From: Bacteroidales bacterium
Lineage (GTDB): Bacteria; Bacteroidota; Bacteroidia; Bacteroidales; VadinHA17
Direction: 5' to 3'
Assembly: GCA_012517605.1 (NCBI GenBank)
Contig: JAAYUS010000044.1
Coordinates: 1-62,578 of the forward strand
DNA length: 62,578 bases
Part shown: positions 1 through 9,645 of the stretch, piece after piece
Layout of the letters: the number at the start of each line of letters is the position of its first letter
Position numbering within the stretch: the first letter of the stretch is position 1
Notes under the pieces: generated by a model
Seen by the model: only the letters and a program-made list of their open reading frames with translations
Databases searched by the model: none
Told to the model about the DNA's origin: nothing
Program-made: the position numbers and the translations under genes

Positions 1-15
1 AGTTTAAAATCCATT

Positions 16-960
16 TTATAAAAACCTTATGCTTTTGTATCTCATCGGGCTTTTGCCCATGCTGAGACTAAAACAATAATTCACAATAAATTCGTGCGAC
101 CCGCTTGTGCTTTTTCTGATATCCGAAGTCGGGAAATCGTATGCATATCCGACCCTGATACCGTTGAACAATTCTATCCCAACAATTCCGACCAGTGCAT
201 CTCCGGGTCTGTAAGAAACGCCCCCCCATGCCTTTTTATTGTATCTTACTAAAGAAGTTGCAGAAAATTGTATTGCTTTGCCGTCACTCATGGCATAAAA
301 TGAGGGCAAAAGTTCAAGTGCCGGGTTGGGAAGCTGGAGCACGTAACCTGCTGTAAAATAGTAATGACGGCTAAGGTATGTCTCCCCTTTTGTGAACTTT
401 ATTTTAGGCTGGCTGATATGTGTTACTGACAGGCCGGCATAATATTTGTCGGTGGTATAATAAACCCCGAGGCCGGCATCAAAAGCAAGAGCACTTTCTT
501 TAGATTCAGGGATAAGCGGATCGCCGGAAGGGGGAGTGAAATCTCCACCATCGGGAATATACCATTCAGGATCGAGTGTCATATTGAACATCCCGGCATT
601 AATTCCTATTCCGAGTTTTCCCGGACCCATATCAGTAATATAGGAATAAATTAGTTTAATATTGATGTCCTTATCAAATCCTACATTATCGTTTTCTACA
701 ATCAGACCAACCCCGCTGTTTATATTAAAAGGACTAACCGGGGCGCTTATATTGAATAATGTGGTTGAGGGACCTCCCTTAAATCCCAGCCACTGCTGGC
801 GGTTAAGTGCAGTTGCACATATCATCCCCGATGTTCCGGCATAACCGGGATTATATGTAAGGGTATTGAACATATAATTGCTGGTAATGGGATCCTGCTG
901 GGAGAAGCAGGTGTATACCGATAATACTATGAAAAGAGATGCACTGTAGAGTTTTTTCAC
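16..960 (-). CDS. PorP/SprF-family type IX secretion system outer-membrane protein
   Basis: The ORF spans 16..1095. The likely true start is the GTG at 960, giving VKKLYSASLFIVLSVYTCFSQQDP (signal peptide). This is followed by the YMFNTLTYNPGYAGT motif and a Gly/aromatic-rich beta-barrel-like pattern typical of PorP/SprF. An alternative ATG lies at 987. Confidence 0.72.
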   Translation of the reverse strand: MKKLYSASLFIVLSVYTCFSQQDPITSNYMFNTLTYNPGYAGTSGMICATALNRQQWLGFKGGPSTTLFNISAPVSPFNINSGVGLIVENDNVGFDKDINIKLIYSYITDMGPGKLGIGINAGMFNMTLDPEWYIPDGGDFTPPSGDPLIPESKESALAFDAGLGVYYTTDKYYAGLSVTHISQPKIKFTKGETYLSRHYYFTAGYVLQLPNPALELLPSFYAMSDGKAIQFSATSLVRYNKKAWGGVSYRPGDALVGIVGIELFNGIRVGYAYDFPTSDIRKSTSGSHEFIVNYCFSLSMGKSPMRYKSIRFL

Positions 961-1136
961 GTGTTTAATATATAGGAATAAGCCCATTAATAGAACTCCT
1001 AAAATAATTAAAAAACTTAAAAGTATGCAAACCGGCAATCTGTTGATGGAATTTTTTGAACATTCCTGTTCATTTATCCACAAAGAATATTCCAAATATT
1101 ATATAAAACGGGAAAAAAGTCAAAATGTTTGAAAAA

Positions 1137-2306
1137 TCAGGACTTTAATCTGTCAGAAGCTTTGACCCATCTGTCGGGTACCTCATTCCTGTTAGCCTTA
1201 AGATAGTCGTCGTGGGAACATGAAACGTAGACGCTCTTGTTTTCGGCATCCTTGAGCTCCATCCACCATCTTTCGGTAAGATTGCTTTTAACAAAGATAA
1301 GATCGTCCTCAAGATCTGTAATCCTGACATGGTATTTAACAAAGCGTCCCGAATTGCTTTCACTCAGAGACGGAGCCTCATATTGTTTCTGTGAAAATCC
1401 TTCAAGAAAGAACCAGATTATCTGAGCAGCAAGGCCGGAGGTCTGATCCCTGTTGTCAAAACCGGGGTCTACATCAAAAAGTCCGAAGATCTTAAGGTTG
1501 TCGGAAATCCCGGCATATCTCGAAAGCAGACAAATCTCCTCGCCGTAAAAACCATTGGGTGATGGCAGCGCGGTACCCGGAGCATCCGACTGTCTGACGG
1601 CTGAAATATCGAATATCGCAACATGTGAATCCCTGAACAGTGGCTCAGTAAGATATATAGCCTGCCTTACGTCGCCAATTCTTATCAGCTCTGAATTGCG
1701 TCTTATAAAACGATTTAATACCTGTTGATCGTTGAGATATGTCTGATATCCTATGTTTATAAAGTGTTTTAGAGTACTTCTGCTGTTTGCGTAAATGCTG
1801 TTGAGATAACTTAGTGATCCGGGTATTTCAGGTGTACTGTTGTAATCTATTCTCGGATCTACTGTAATGAGTGTGTAGTCTTCGCGGAGATTTGAAAATG
1901 TCCTGTCGATAGCACTTACCAGTGCACTGCTTCCCCCGATTATTACCGGGAAGACGCTTTCCCCCGTTAATGTGCCCAGAATATCCGTTAGCCCGGCCAG
2001 TGTGTCGCCAAAAGAAGCCCCTTGTTTCATGTTGCCAAGGTCAATGATCTTGTTCCTCCCCGGGATCCTGGCCAGAGAATAAAGCTGGCGCCTTATTGAA
2101 TCAGGAGCATCTGACGAACCTAGGCTTAAAGAATTCCTTCCTTCAGGAACTCCCAGTATTGCAACCTTAAAACTGCTTATATCCTTCAGCGGATTGTTCT
2201 CGGTATGGATAAATATATTATGCGGAAAGCCGGCATTGCCTGACAGACTTTGAAAATAAGGTCTCTCAATGCTTACAGGATTGAAATAATCATTCAGATC
2301 AAGCAT
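1137..2306 (-). CDS. Arginase/ureohydrolase-fold protein (formimidoylglutamase-like) with degenerate metal-binding motifs and a C-terminal extension
   Basis: The family scaffold is visible: ILGVPEGRNS...APDSIRRQLY, PVIIGGSSAL, LITVDPRIDY, IFDISAVRQSDAPGT. The canonical GGDHS, DAHxD and DxDxxDP motifs are altered. Confidence 0.6.
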   Translation of the reverse strand: MLDLNDYFNPVSIERPYFQSLSGNAGFPHNIFIHTENNPLKDISSFKVAILGVPEGRNSLSLGSSDAPDSIRRQLYSLARIPGRNKIIDLGNMKQGASFGDTLAGLTDILGTLTGESVFPVIIGGSSALVSAIDRTFSNLREDYTLITVDPRIDYNSTPEIPGSLSYLNSIYANSRSTLKHFINIGYQTYLNDQQVLNRFIRRNSELIRIGDVRQAIYLTEPLFRDSHVAIFDISAVRQSDAPGTALPSPNGFYGEEICLLSRYAGISDNLKIFGLFDVDPGFDNRDQTSGLAAQIIWFFLEGFSQKQYEAPSLSESNSGRFVKYHVRITDLEDDLIFVKSNLTERWWMELKDAENKSVYVSCSHDDYLKANRNEVPDRWVKASDRLKS

Positions 2307-2309
2307 GAT

Positions 2310-4616
2310 TCACTCTTTAGGTTTTTTTGTCTTTTCGGTGTTCTCAATAATCCTTATGCAGTCTTCCTCTGTAAGTTCTTCAGCCTTTGTTCCTTTTGGC
2401 AGCCTGTAATTATTCTTGTCTCTTGCAATATATGGTCCGAAACGGCCGTTAAGGACCCTTATCGCCCCGAAATCCTTAATTACTTTTTTCTTATCGCTTT
2501 CACTTTTTTCCCTGATGATCTCCAGGGCTCTCTCTAGTGTAACGGAATAAGGGTCATCGACCCCCTTTTTCAGGGAATAGAATTTATTCATATACCTTAC
2601 GTAAGGTCCGAACCTGCCGGTTCCTACCACGAGTTCATTGCCTTCATGAAGTCCCAGCGACCGTGGAAGCCGGAACAGATTCAGGGCTTCATCGAGCGTT
2701 ATTGTTTCAATGAGCTGGTTTTTACCAAGACTGGCAAACCTGGGTTTGTTCCCTTCCGACTGTTCTCCTATTTGGGCCACAGGACCAAACCGGCCCATTC
2801 TGACTGAGACCTGTTCTCCTGTTGCAGGATCGGTTCCAAGTATCCTCACGGCTGTTTTCCTTGTCGTTTTTTCAAGAGTGTTCTCGACGGTCTTATGAAA
2901 AGGTGCATAGAACTTCTTCAGCATTGCCGTCCATTTTAGTCCGCCATCAGCTATCTTGTCAAACTGTTCCTCCACTTCGGCAGTGAAATTGTAATCAACA
3001 ATCTCCGGGAAGTTTTCCATAAGGAAATCGTTCACAATCATGCCAATATCCTGAGGGAATAATTTTGATTTTTCCTTGCCGGCAGCTTCGGTCCTGACAG
3101 CTGAAGAGATCTTCCCTTTTGACAGGGTAACTACTTTCAACTGCCTTTTCTCACCGGGTCTGTCCTCCCTCATTACATAACCCCTGTTCTGGATGGTTGA
3201 GATTGTCGGAGCGTATGTGGATGGCCTGCCGATCCCAAGTTCCTCAAGCTTTTTGACAAGGCTGGCTTCTGTATATCTTGGCGGAGGTGAAGTATATTTC
3301 TGGGTTGCTGTGATTGTGTCGTATTGAAGAGGCATGCCTTTCTTAACAGGAGGAATTATTGATTTTTCCTCCTCACCGTTTTCATAATCGCTTGATTCTG
3401 CATATACTTTCAGGAACCCGTCGAATTTTATCACTTCGCCGACTGCTGAGAATGTTACCTGTGAGTTGTTCATTGCAATGCCAATTGTGGTCCTTTCCAC
3501 TTCGGCGTCAGCCATCTGTGATGCAATCGTCCTTTTCCAGATCAGCTCATATAGTTTTTTCTCGTTCTGGTTCCCCGTTATGGACGAGGATTCGAGGTAA
3601 GCCGGCCTTATTGCTTCGTGGGCTTCCTGTGCTCCTTTTGATTTTGTTTTGAACTGCCTGGTTTTTGAATACTTCTCCCCGAATTCAGAAACAATTACCT
3701 CCCTTGATTTCGACAGCGCCAGCTTTGACAGGTTTGTTGAATCGGTACGCATATAGGTTATTTTACCGGCTTCGTAAAGCTTTTGTGCCACAGTCATTGT
3801 CTGAGACACTGAAAAGCCAAGTTTGCGGTATGCTTCCTGCTGCAGGGTTGAGGTTGTGAACGGAGGTGCAGGAGAGCGTGTTCCTGGTTTTACGGTTATG
3901 CTTGCAACGCTGAATTCAGCGGATCTGCAAAGCTCAAGGAATTCCAGGGCATCCTTTTCGCCCGGGAACCTTTTTGCTGCCTCAGCTCTTATCTGATTGT
4001 TCCCGGCTATTTCGTTGTCAGTGACAAAAATGCCTGTTATCCTGAATGACGATTCCGGCCTGAATGCGATGATCTCACGTTCTCTTTCAACAATGAGGCG
4101 GACAGCAACAGACTGGACCCTGCCTGCCGAGAGGGCCGGCTGAACCTTTTTCCACAGGACCGGAGATATTTCGAAACCTACGAGCCGGTCGAGTATGCGG
4201 CGTGCCTGCTGGGAATTGACAAGGTTCATATCGACCTGGCGCGGGCTCATAATCGCATTTGTGATGGCATCCCTGGTGATTTCATGAAATACTATTCTTT
4301 TTGTTGTTGAGAGATCGAGATTAAGCACATTCACCAGATGCCAGGCAATTGCTTCTCCTTCACGGTCCTCATCAGAAGCTATCCAGATATTTTTTGACTC
4401 TGCTGCAGCCTTCTTAAGTTCTCCTACAACTTTTGCTTTTTCTTTAGGGATTTCATATTCAGGGGCAAAATCATTTTCAATGTCAATTCCAAGATTTTTC
4501 TTTTTAAGATCGCGGATATGGCCGAAACTTGAAACAACCCTGAAATCCTTTCCAAGGTATTTCTCAATGGTTTTTGCTTTTGCAGGCGACTCAACAATTA
4601 CAAGGTTTTCGATCAT
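2310..4616 (-). CDS. topA: DNA topoisomerase I
   Basis: Toprim N-terminus MIENLVIVESPAKAKTIEKYLG, an active-site region containing YMRTDS, and C-terminal repeated RFGPY-type motifs. The start is taken at M13 of ORF 2310..4652. Confidence 0.95.
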   Translation of the reverse strand: MIENLVIVESPAKAKTIEKYLGKDFRVVSSFGHIRDLKKKNLGIDIENDFAPEYEIPKEKAKVVGELKKAAAESKNIWIASDEDREGEAIAWHLVNVLNLDLSTTKRIVFHEITRDAITNAIMSPRQVDMNLVNSQQARRILDRLVGFEISPVLWKKVQPALSAGRVQSVAVRLIVEREREIIAFRPESSFRITGIFVTDNEIAGNNQIRAEAAKRFPGEKDALEFLELCRSAEFSVASITVKPGTRSPAPPFTTSTLQQEAYRKLGFSVSQTMTVAQKLYEAGKITYMRTDSTNLSKLALSKSREVIVSEFGEKYSKTRQFKTKSKGAQEAHEAIRPAYLESSSITGNQNEKKLYELIWKRTIASQMADAEVERTTIGIAMNNSQVTFSAVGEVIKFDGFLKVYAESSDYENGEEEKSIIPPVKKGMPLQYDTITATQKYTSPPPRYTEASLVKKLEELGIGRPSTYAPTISTIQNRGYVMREDRPGEKRQLKVVTLSKGKISSAVRTEAAGKEKSKLFPQDIGMIVNDFLMENFPEIVDYNFTAEVEEQFDKIADGGLKWTAMLKKFYAPFHKTVENTLEKTTRKTAVRILGTDPATGEQVSVRMGRFGPVAQIGEQSEGNKPRFASLGKNQLIETITLDEALNLFRLPRSLGLHEGNELVVGTGRFGPYVRYMNKFYSLKKGVDDPYSVTLERALEIIREKSESDKKKVIKDFGAIRVLNGRFGPYIARDKNNYRLPKGTKAEELTEEDCIRIIENTEKTKKPKE

Positions 4617-4710
4617 ATCAGATGGATTTTTCACAAAATAAAAACACGGCAAAGTAAATCATTTAGGTTCCAAACTTCAAAATAAACCGTTAAGATTCTT
4701 TATTAATTAC

Positions 4711-4718
4711 TATTTTTG
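4711..4718 (+). promoter_or_regulatory. Candidate Bacteroidota -7 promoter box TATTTTTG upstream of the PBP1A gene
   Basis: Exact match to TAnnTTTG, 19 nt before the ATG at 4738. No clear -33 TTTG. Confidence 0.35.
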
Positions 4719-4737
4719 GGCCAAATTCCGGAAGCGA

Positions 4738-7089
4738 ATGAAAGCCAATTCATCAAACAAAAAATACGTAATCTTGTTCTGGTCGTTGTTCTCCCTTCCC
4801 TTTGTTATCGTAGCAATACTGTTCATACTCATATCGCAGGGAAAGCTTGGGCCGATGCCTTCATTCAGTGAACTTGAAAATCCTGAATATAATCTTGCAG
4901 CAGAAGTATATTCCGAAGACGGTGTCCTGCTTGGAAAGATAAGCATTGAGAACCGCACATGGACTGATTATGAGGAGCTCTCTCCTTACCTTGTAAATGC
5001 TCTTATTGCAACCGAAGATATAAGATATCAGAGGCACTCAGGAATAGATGTGAGGGGCCTTGGTCGTGCTCTTGTCCGGACAATCCTGCTCGGACAGAAC
5101 ACCGGCGGAGGAAGCACCATCACCCAGCAGCTTGCAAAGCAGCTATATCCCCGCGATACTGCAAAGACCTCTTCATTTGTCAGAAAACTAAAGCTCGGCG
5201 TATCAAAATTCAAGGAATGGCAGACCGCCGTTAAACTTGAGCGAAGTTATACTAAAGAGGAGATCATTGCCATGTACCTTAATAAATACGATTTCCTTTA
5301 CCAGGCGATAGGTATCCGATCGGCAGCAAAGGTTTATTTCAACACCACACCCGACTCACTAAAAATTGAGGAAGCCGCGGTTCTTGTAGGCATGCTTAAG
5401 AATTCAAGTGCATTCAATCCGGTGAAATATCCCGAAAGGATGCTGAAGAGGAGGAATATCGTCATTTCGCAGATGGCCAAATACGGATATATAAAACCCG
5501 ATTTTGCCGATTCGGTCAAACAGCTGCCGCTGGCTCTTGACCTTAAAATGGAAGACCATAATACCGGTCCTGCCACCTACCTCCGTGAATACTTAAGGAA
5601 TATTATGAGAAGACCCGAGCCCGACCCTGCCAGGTATCAGCAGCAGTCATCGTATGAGGATGCTTTATGGGAGTGGCAGAATAATCCTCTTTACGGCTGG
5701 TGCAATAAGAACAAAAAACCCGACGGCAGAAATTATGATATTTACAAGGACGGTCTGAAGATCTATACGACATTAAACTCGAGGATGCAGCAATATGCTG
5801 AGGAAGCTGTCACCGAGCATCTGTCGAAAGAAGTTCAGCCCGATTTTTACAAGCGTGCAAAGACATTCAGGAATCCGCCTTATTCAAATGATATTACAAA
5901 GAAAGAGGTTGATGAGCTTCTGATGCGATCGGTTATCGACAGCGAAAGGTATATCAGGATGAAAGCACGGAATGCTCCTATGGATTCAATAATGCTTGCT
6001 TTCAATACGAAGGTTCCCATGAGAGTCTTTTCATGGAGGGGGGAGATAGATACCATAATGACGCCCTATGATTCTGTGAGATATTACAAATATTTCATAA
6101 GGTCAGCCTTCCTTGTTGAGGATCCCCATACAGGATATGTAAAGGCATATGTCGGCGGACCTGATTTCAGGTATTTCAAATGGGATGCAGTAACGCAACA
6201 GCGGAAACAGGTGGGCAGTACAATAAAGCCCTTCCTTTATACCATAGCAATGCAGAACGGTTATACCCCTTGCGATGAAGTGGAAAACATACCACGTTCG
6301 TTTGACCTTCCCGGTGATTCCGTTCCTTGGATACCCAGAAGCTCAGGTCCGAAAGAATATCATGGCAAAATGGTAACTCTCAAATGGGGACTCGCGCAGT
6401 CGGAAAACTATATCTCAGCCTGGCTCATGCAGCAGTTCCGGCCATCGGCTGTGACAGACCTGATGAAAAAAATGGGCATCCGCAGTTTCATCGATCCCGT
6501 TCCTTCAATATTCCTTGGGACATCGGATATAAAACTTGAAGAGATGGTCGGTGCATATGGTACTTTTGCAAACAAAGGGGTATATACCAGGCCAATGTAC
6601 GTTACACGCATTGAAGATAAGAACGGCAATGTGATTTCAAGATTCACCCCCAAAATAGAAGAGGTCCTCAGTGAGGAGCAGGCATATCTGATGCTTGATC
6701 TTCTCCAGGGTGTGGTTCTTACCGGATCGGGAAACAGGCTGAGACGAGAACCATATATGCTTCTGAACCAGATTGGCGGCAAAACAGGCACCACACAAAA
6801 TCATGCCAACGGTTGGTTCATGGGGGTAACCCCGAACCTTGTTGGTGGAGTTTGGAGCGGATGGGAGGATCAGGCCATTCATTTTGAGACACTCAGCGAA
6901 GGCCAGGGTGCACAGATGGCCCTGCCGATTTTCGGAATATTCCTTCGAAAGGTTTACAACGATCCACAGTTCGGCATAATGGAGTCAGACGAATTTGAGC
7001 GTCCTTCAGGATTCAATATTGAAACAGATTGCGATAAAGTCAAAAAGGAAAGCTCAAGAAGGGGGAGCTATATAAGGGAGAAATATTAA
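4738..7089 (+). CDS. mrcA: Penicillin-binding protein 1A (bifunctional glycosyltransferase GT51 / transpeptidase)
   Basis: N-terminal TM anchor, GT51 motif EDIRYQRHSGID, transpeptidase SxxK (GSTIKP) and KTG (GGKTGTT). Confidence 0.93.
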   Translation: MKANSSNKKYVILFWSLFSLPFVIVAILFILISQGKLGPMPSFSELENPEYNLAAEVYSEDGVLLGKISIENRTWTDYEELSPYLVNALIATEDIRYQRHSGIDVRGLGRALVRTILLGQNTGGGSTITQQLAKQLYPRDTAKTSSFVRKLKLGVSKFKEWQTAVKLERSYTKEEIIAMYLNKYDFLYQAIGIRSAAKVYFNTTPDSLKIEEAAVLVGMLKNSSAFNPVKYPERMLKRRNIVISQMAKYGYIKPDFADSVKQLPLALDLKMEDHNTGPATYLREYLRNIMRRPEPDPARYQQQSSYEDALWEWQNNPLYGWCNKNKKPDGRNYDIYKDGLKIYTTLNSRMQQYAEEAVTEHLSKEVQPDFYKRAKTFRNPPYSNDITKKEVDELLMRSVIDSERYIRMKARNAPMDSIMLAFNTKVPMRVFSWRGEIDTIMTPYDSVRYYKYFIRSAFLVEDPHTGYVKAYVGGPDFRYFKWDAVTQQRKQVGSTIKPFLYTIAMQNGYTPCDEVENIPRSFDLPGDSVPWIPRSSGPKEYHGKMVTLKWGLAQSENYISAWLMQQFRPSAVTDLMKKMGIRSFIDPVPSIFLGTSDIKLEEMVGAYGTFANKGVYTRPMYVTRIEDKNGNVISRFTPKIEEVLSEEQAYLMLDLLQGVVLTGSGNRLRREPYMLLNQIGGKTGTTQNHANGWFMGVTPNLVGGVWSGWEDQAIHFETLSEGQGAQMALPIFGIFLRKVYNDPQFGIMESDEFERPSGFNIETDCDKVKKESSRRGSYIREKY

Positions 7090-7091
7090 AG

Positions 7092-7112
7092 GCGCAGGGC
7101 GAAGGGCGAAGG
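7092..7112. repeat. Tandem heptad repeat GCGCAGG-GCGAAGG-GCGAAGG in a convergent spacer
   Basis: Read directly: ggcGCAGGGCGAAGGGCGAAGGgcacatgg. It lies between the mrcA stop (7089) and the radA stop (7127). Confidence 0.8.
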
Positions 7113-7126
7113 GCACATGGCAGGAT

Positions 7127-8488
7127 TCAGCTGAAAAGGGATCGGACGAGAGATTCGACCTTGCCGACCTGAACGATCTCGATTCCTGTTCCCTTTGCCG
7201 GAACGTTCCTGTGGAATTTTGAAATATAGATCTTTTCGAAGCCCATTTTTGATGCTTCCCTTATCCTTTGTTCAATCCTCGACACTGGCCTTATCTCTCC
7301 CGAGAGGCCGACTTCACCGGAAAAACATGTATTTTTTACGACAGGTATATCGAGATTTGACGACAGAACGGAGGCAATTATTGAAAGGTCTATCGCCGGA
7401 TCATCAACCTTGATGCCACCGGCGATGTTCAGAAATACATCCTTGGCTCCAAGGCGGAAGCCTGCTCTTTTCTCAAGTACTGCAAGCAGCATGTTGAGGC
7501 GGCGGATGTCAAATCCTGTGGAACTTCTCTGTGGAGTGCCGTAAACAGCGCTGCTAACAAGGGCCTGGGTCTCTATCAAAAATGGTCTTAGTCCGTCGAT
7601 TGTCGCAGCTATTGTTATGCCGCTCAACGGTTCATCATGCTGGTTGATGAACATCTCTGAAGGATTAGACACTTCCCTCAGACCGTTTTCAACCATTTCA
7701 AAGATAGCAAGTTCCGAAGTCGAGCCGAACCGGTTTTTAACAGATCTCATCAACCTGTAAATATAGTTGTTGTCACCCTCAAAATAGAGTACCACATCGA
7801 CAATATGCTCCAGCACTTTGGGTCCGGCCAGTGTTCCGTCCTTGGTTATATGGCCGATAAGGAATACAGGTATCCCTGTTATTTTGGAAAATTTCAGGAG
7901 CTGGGCGGCACACTCCCTCACCTGTGATACAGATCCGGCTGATGATTCAAGCAAACCTGTATGTATTGTCTGTATCGAGTCGATGATTATTAGTCCCGGG
8001 TTAAGATGTTCAGCCTGGACAATAATGTTTTCGAGTTCCGTTTCACTGAAAATATAACATAAAGGATTTGATTTCCGGAGCCTTTTGGCCCTGAGGCCTA
8101 TCTGTTCTTCACTTTCCTCCCCTGAAACGTAAAGGATACATTTATCTCTCATTGCAAGGGCAAGCTGCAGTGCGATTGTTGATTTACCAACTCCGGGCTC
8201 GCCGCCAAGCAGAATAAGCGAGCCGGCAACCATCCCTCCGCCAAGTATCCTGTCGAGTTCCGGAATACCTGTTAGCAGACGACGGTGTTCGTCGGTTTTT
8301 ATTTCATGGAGAAGTTCGGGTTTTTTGCGCTCACGATCTGTAAACCAGGCACTTTCACGGGTGGAAGCGCTGGGGATTATCTCTTCGTGATATGTATTCC
8401 ACTCCTTGCATGAAGGGCATCTTCCGATCCATTTCGGGGATTCGGCGCCGCAGTTCTGACAGACGAAGACTGTTTTGGATTTTGCCAT
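7127..8488 (-). CDS. radA: DNA repair protein RadA/Sms
   Basis: N-terminal zinc finger CQNCGAESPKWIGRCPSCKEWNT, Walker A GEPGVGKST, the KNRFG motif, and a Lon-like C-terminal domain. Confidence 0.95.
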   Translation of the reverse strand: MAKSKTVFVCQNCGAESPKWIGRCPSCKEWNTYHEEIIPSASTRESAWFTDRERKKPELLHEIKTDEHRRLLTGIPELDRILGGGMVAGSLILLGGEPGVGKSTIALQLALAMRDKCILYVSGEESEEQIGLRAKRLRKSNPLCYIFSETELENIIVQAEHLNPGLIIIDSIQTIHTGLLESSAGSVSQVRECAAQLLKFSKITGIPVFLIGHITKDGTLAGPKVLEHIVDVVLYFEGDNNYIYRLMRSVKNRFGSTSELAIFEMVENGLREVSNPSEMFINQHDEPLSGITIAATIDGLRPFLIETQALVSSAVYGTPQRSSTGFDIRRLNMLLAVLEKRAGFRLGAKDVFLNIAGGIKVDDPAIDLSIIASVLSSNLDIPVVKNTCFSGEVGLSGEIRPVSRIEQRIREASKMGFEKIYISKFHRNVPAKGTGIEIVQVGKVESLVRSLFS

Positions 8489-8579
8489 GATTTAAATTTA
8501 AATCTATTTTGGGAATTGTTGTCGTCAGCAACCGGGTTTTCTTTTTGATCCTGAAAAGGGATATGGAGAAGAAATCCTT

Positions 8580-8628
8580 TTACCGCGAAGAAAGCAGAGG
8601 GAATTGCAAAGATCTCAAAGGGGTGGGT
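8580..8628. repeat. CAAAG/GCGAAG-phased intergenic element, copy A (homologous to 53184..53232)
   Basis: TTACCGCGAAGAAAGCAGAGGGAATTGCAAAGATCTCAAAGGGGT aligns with TTACCGCAAAGGACACAAAGTTTTCGCAAAGTAAGGCAAAGGGGT. It ends 4 nt from the stop codon of the 8629..9645 gene. Confidence 0.7.
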
Positions 8629-9645
8629 TTATGATGAAGGGGATGATTCGTTTTTTTTCCTGAAGATCATGAAGAAGGAGAGGGCGCCTACCATGATGAC
8701 GAAAAGCATCTGCGACTCATGGGTAAGAAAGGCGTAGATCAGACCGTCTTCAATTTTAACACCTTCGACAAATGCCAGTCCGCGTGATATGATGTAATGA
8801 AATGCCCCCAGTCCGCTCTGAACAGGAGCTGACATTGCCAACCCTCCTATTACAAGCAGAAATACACCGTCGCCAAGGGTCAGATGTGAGGTAGGATCAA
8901 TTGCAAATACGACCACCCAGGTCATGAGCGTATAATTAATCCATATAAATATTGTATGGAAAATGAATTCCCATTTATGGTTGAGGCTGATTATTGTCTT
9001 TAATCCGTTAATGATGCCCTTTGCAAGATCGAAGAATCTGGAGAAAAGCTTGTTTTTCCGGAGTTGTTTCCTGTATCTGATTATCAGATAAAAAGCGACA
9101 AGAAAAATAAATGCCAGAAGGATCCACAGTATCCAGGCAGCACCGAAAACGGAAAACACCTTTTCCCTGAGAGGAATAAAAATACTGACTTTCAGGAACT
9201 GATTTACCTGTTCGCCTCTTGAAATAATGAGTCCTGCAAGAATTGACATCAGGGACAGGAAGTCGACTGTCCTTTCGACTACTACAGTTCCGATAAGCTG
9301 GTCAACAGGGATCTTTTCCTTCCTGCCAAGGGCCACGCATCGGGTTATTTCGCCAATCCTGGGCAGTGCAAGGTTTGCCATATAACCCGTCATCAGGGCA
9401 TAGAATGTTGCTGAGAAGGCAGGCTTGTAACCGAGTGGATTAATGAGTATCGCCCATCGGCGTGCCCTGCTGAGGTAAGCAAGCGTTGCAAAGACAAGAG
9501 AAAGGACAACCCATTTGTAATCTGCATCTTTCAATCCCTGGAGGAGCCTTTTGAATTCCACATTCCTGAAAGCTATCCAGAGCAGAAATATTCCTACAGC
9601 AAGAAAAATTATGAATTGTATGGTTTGTTTAAGACCTTTGTTCAA
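8629..9645 (-). CDS. UPF0104 / lysylphosphatidylglycerol-synthase-TM-region (flippase-like) family membrane protein
   Basis: Polytopic membrane protein of about 8 hydrophobic helices with an ALPRIGEITRC motif. It has a TTG start immediately after the panD stop. The family call is from memory of this architecture. Confidence 0.55.
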   Translation of the reverse strand: MNKGLKQTIQFIIFLAVGIFLLWIAFRNVEFKRLLQGLKDADYKWVVLSLVFATLAYLSRARRWAILINPLGYKPAFSATFYALMTGYMANLALPRIGEITRCVALGRKEKIPVDQLIGTVVVERTVDFLSLMSILAGLIISRGEQVNQFLKVSIFIPLREKVFSVFGAAWILWILLAFIFLVAFYLIIRYRKQLRKNKLFSRFFDLAKGIINGLKTIISLNHKWEFIFHTIFIWINYTLMTWVVVFAIDPTSHLTLGDGVFLLVIGGLAMSAPVQSGLGAFHYIISRGLAFVEGVKIEDGLIYAFLTHESQMLFVIMVGALSFFMIFRKKNESSPSS

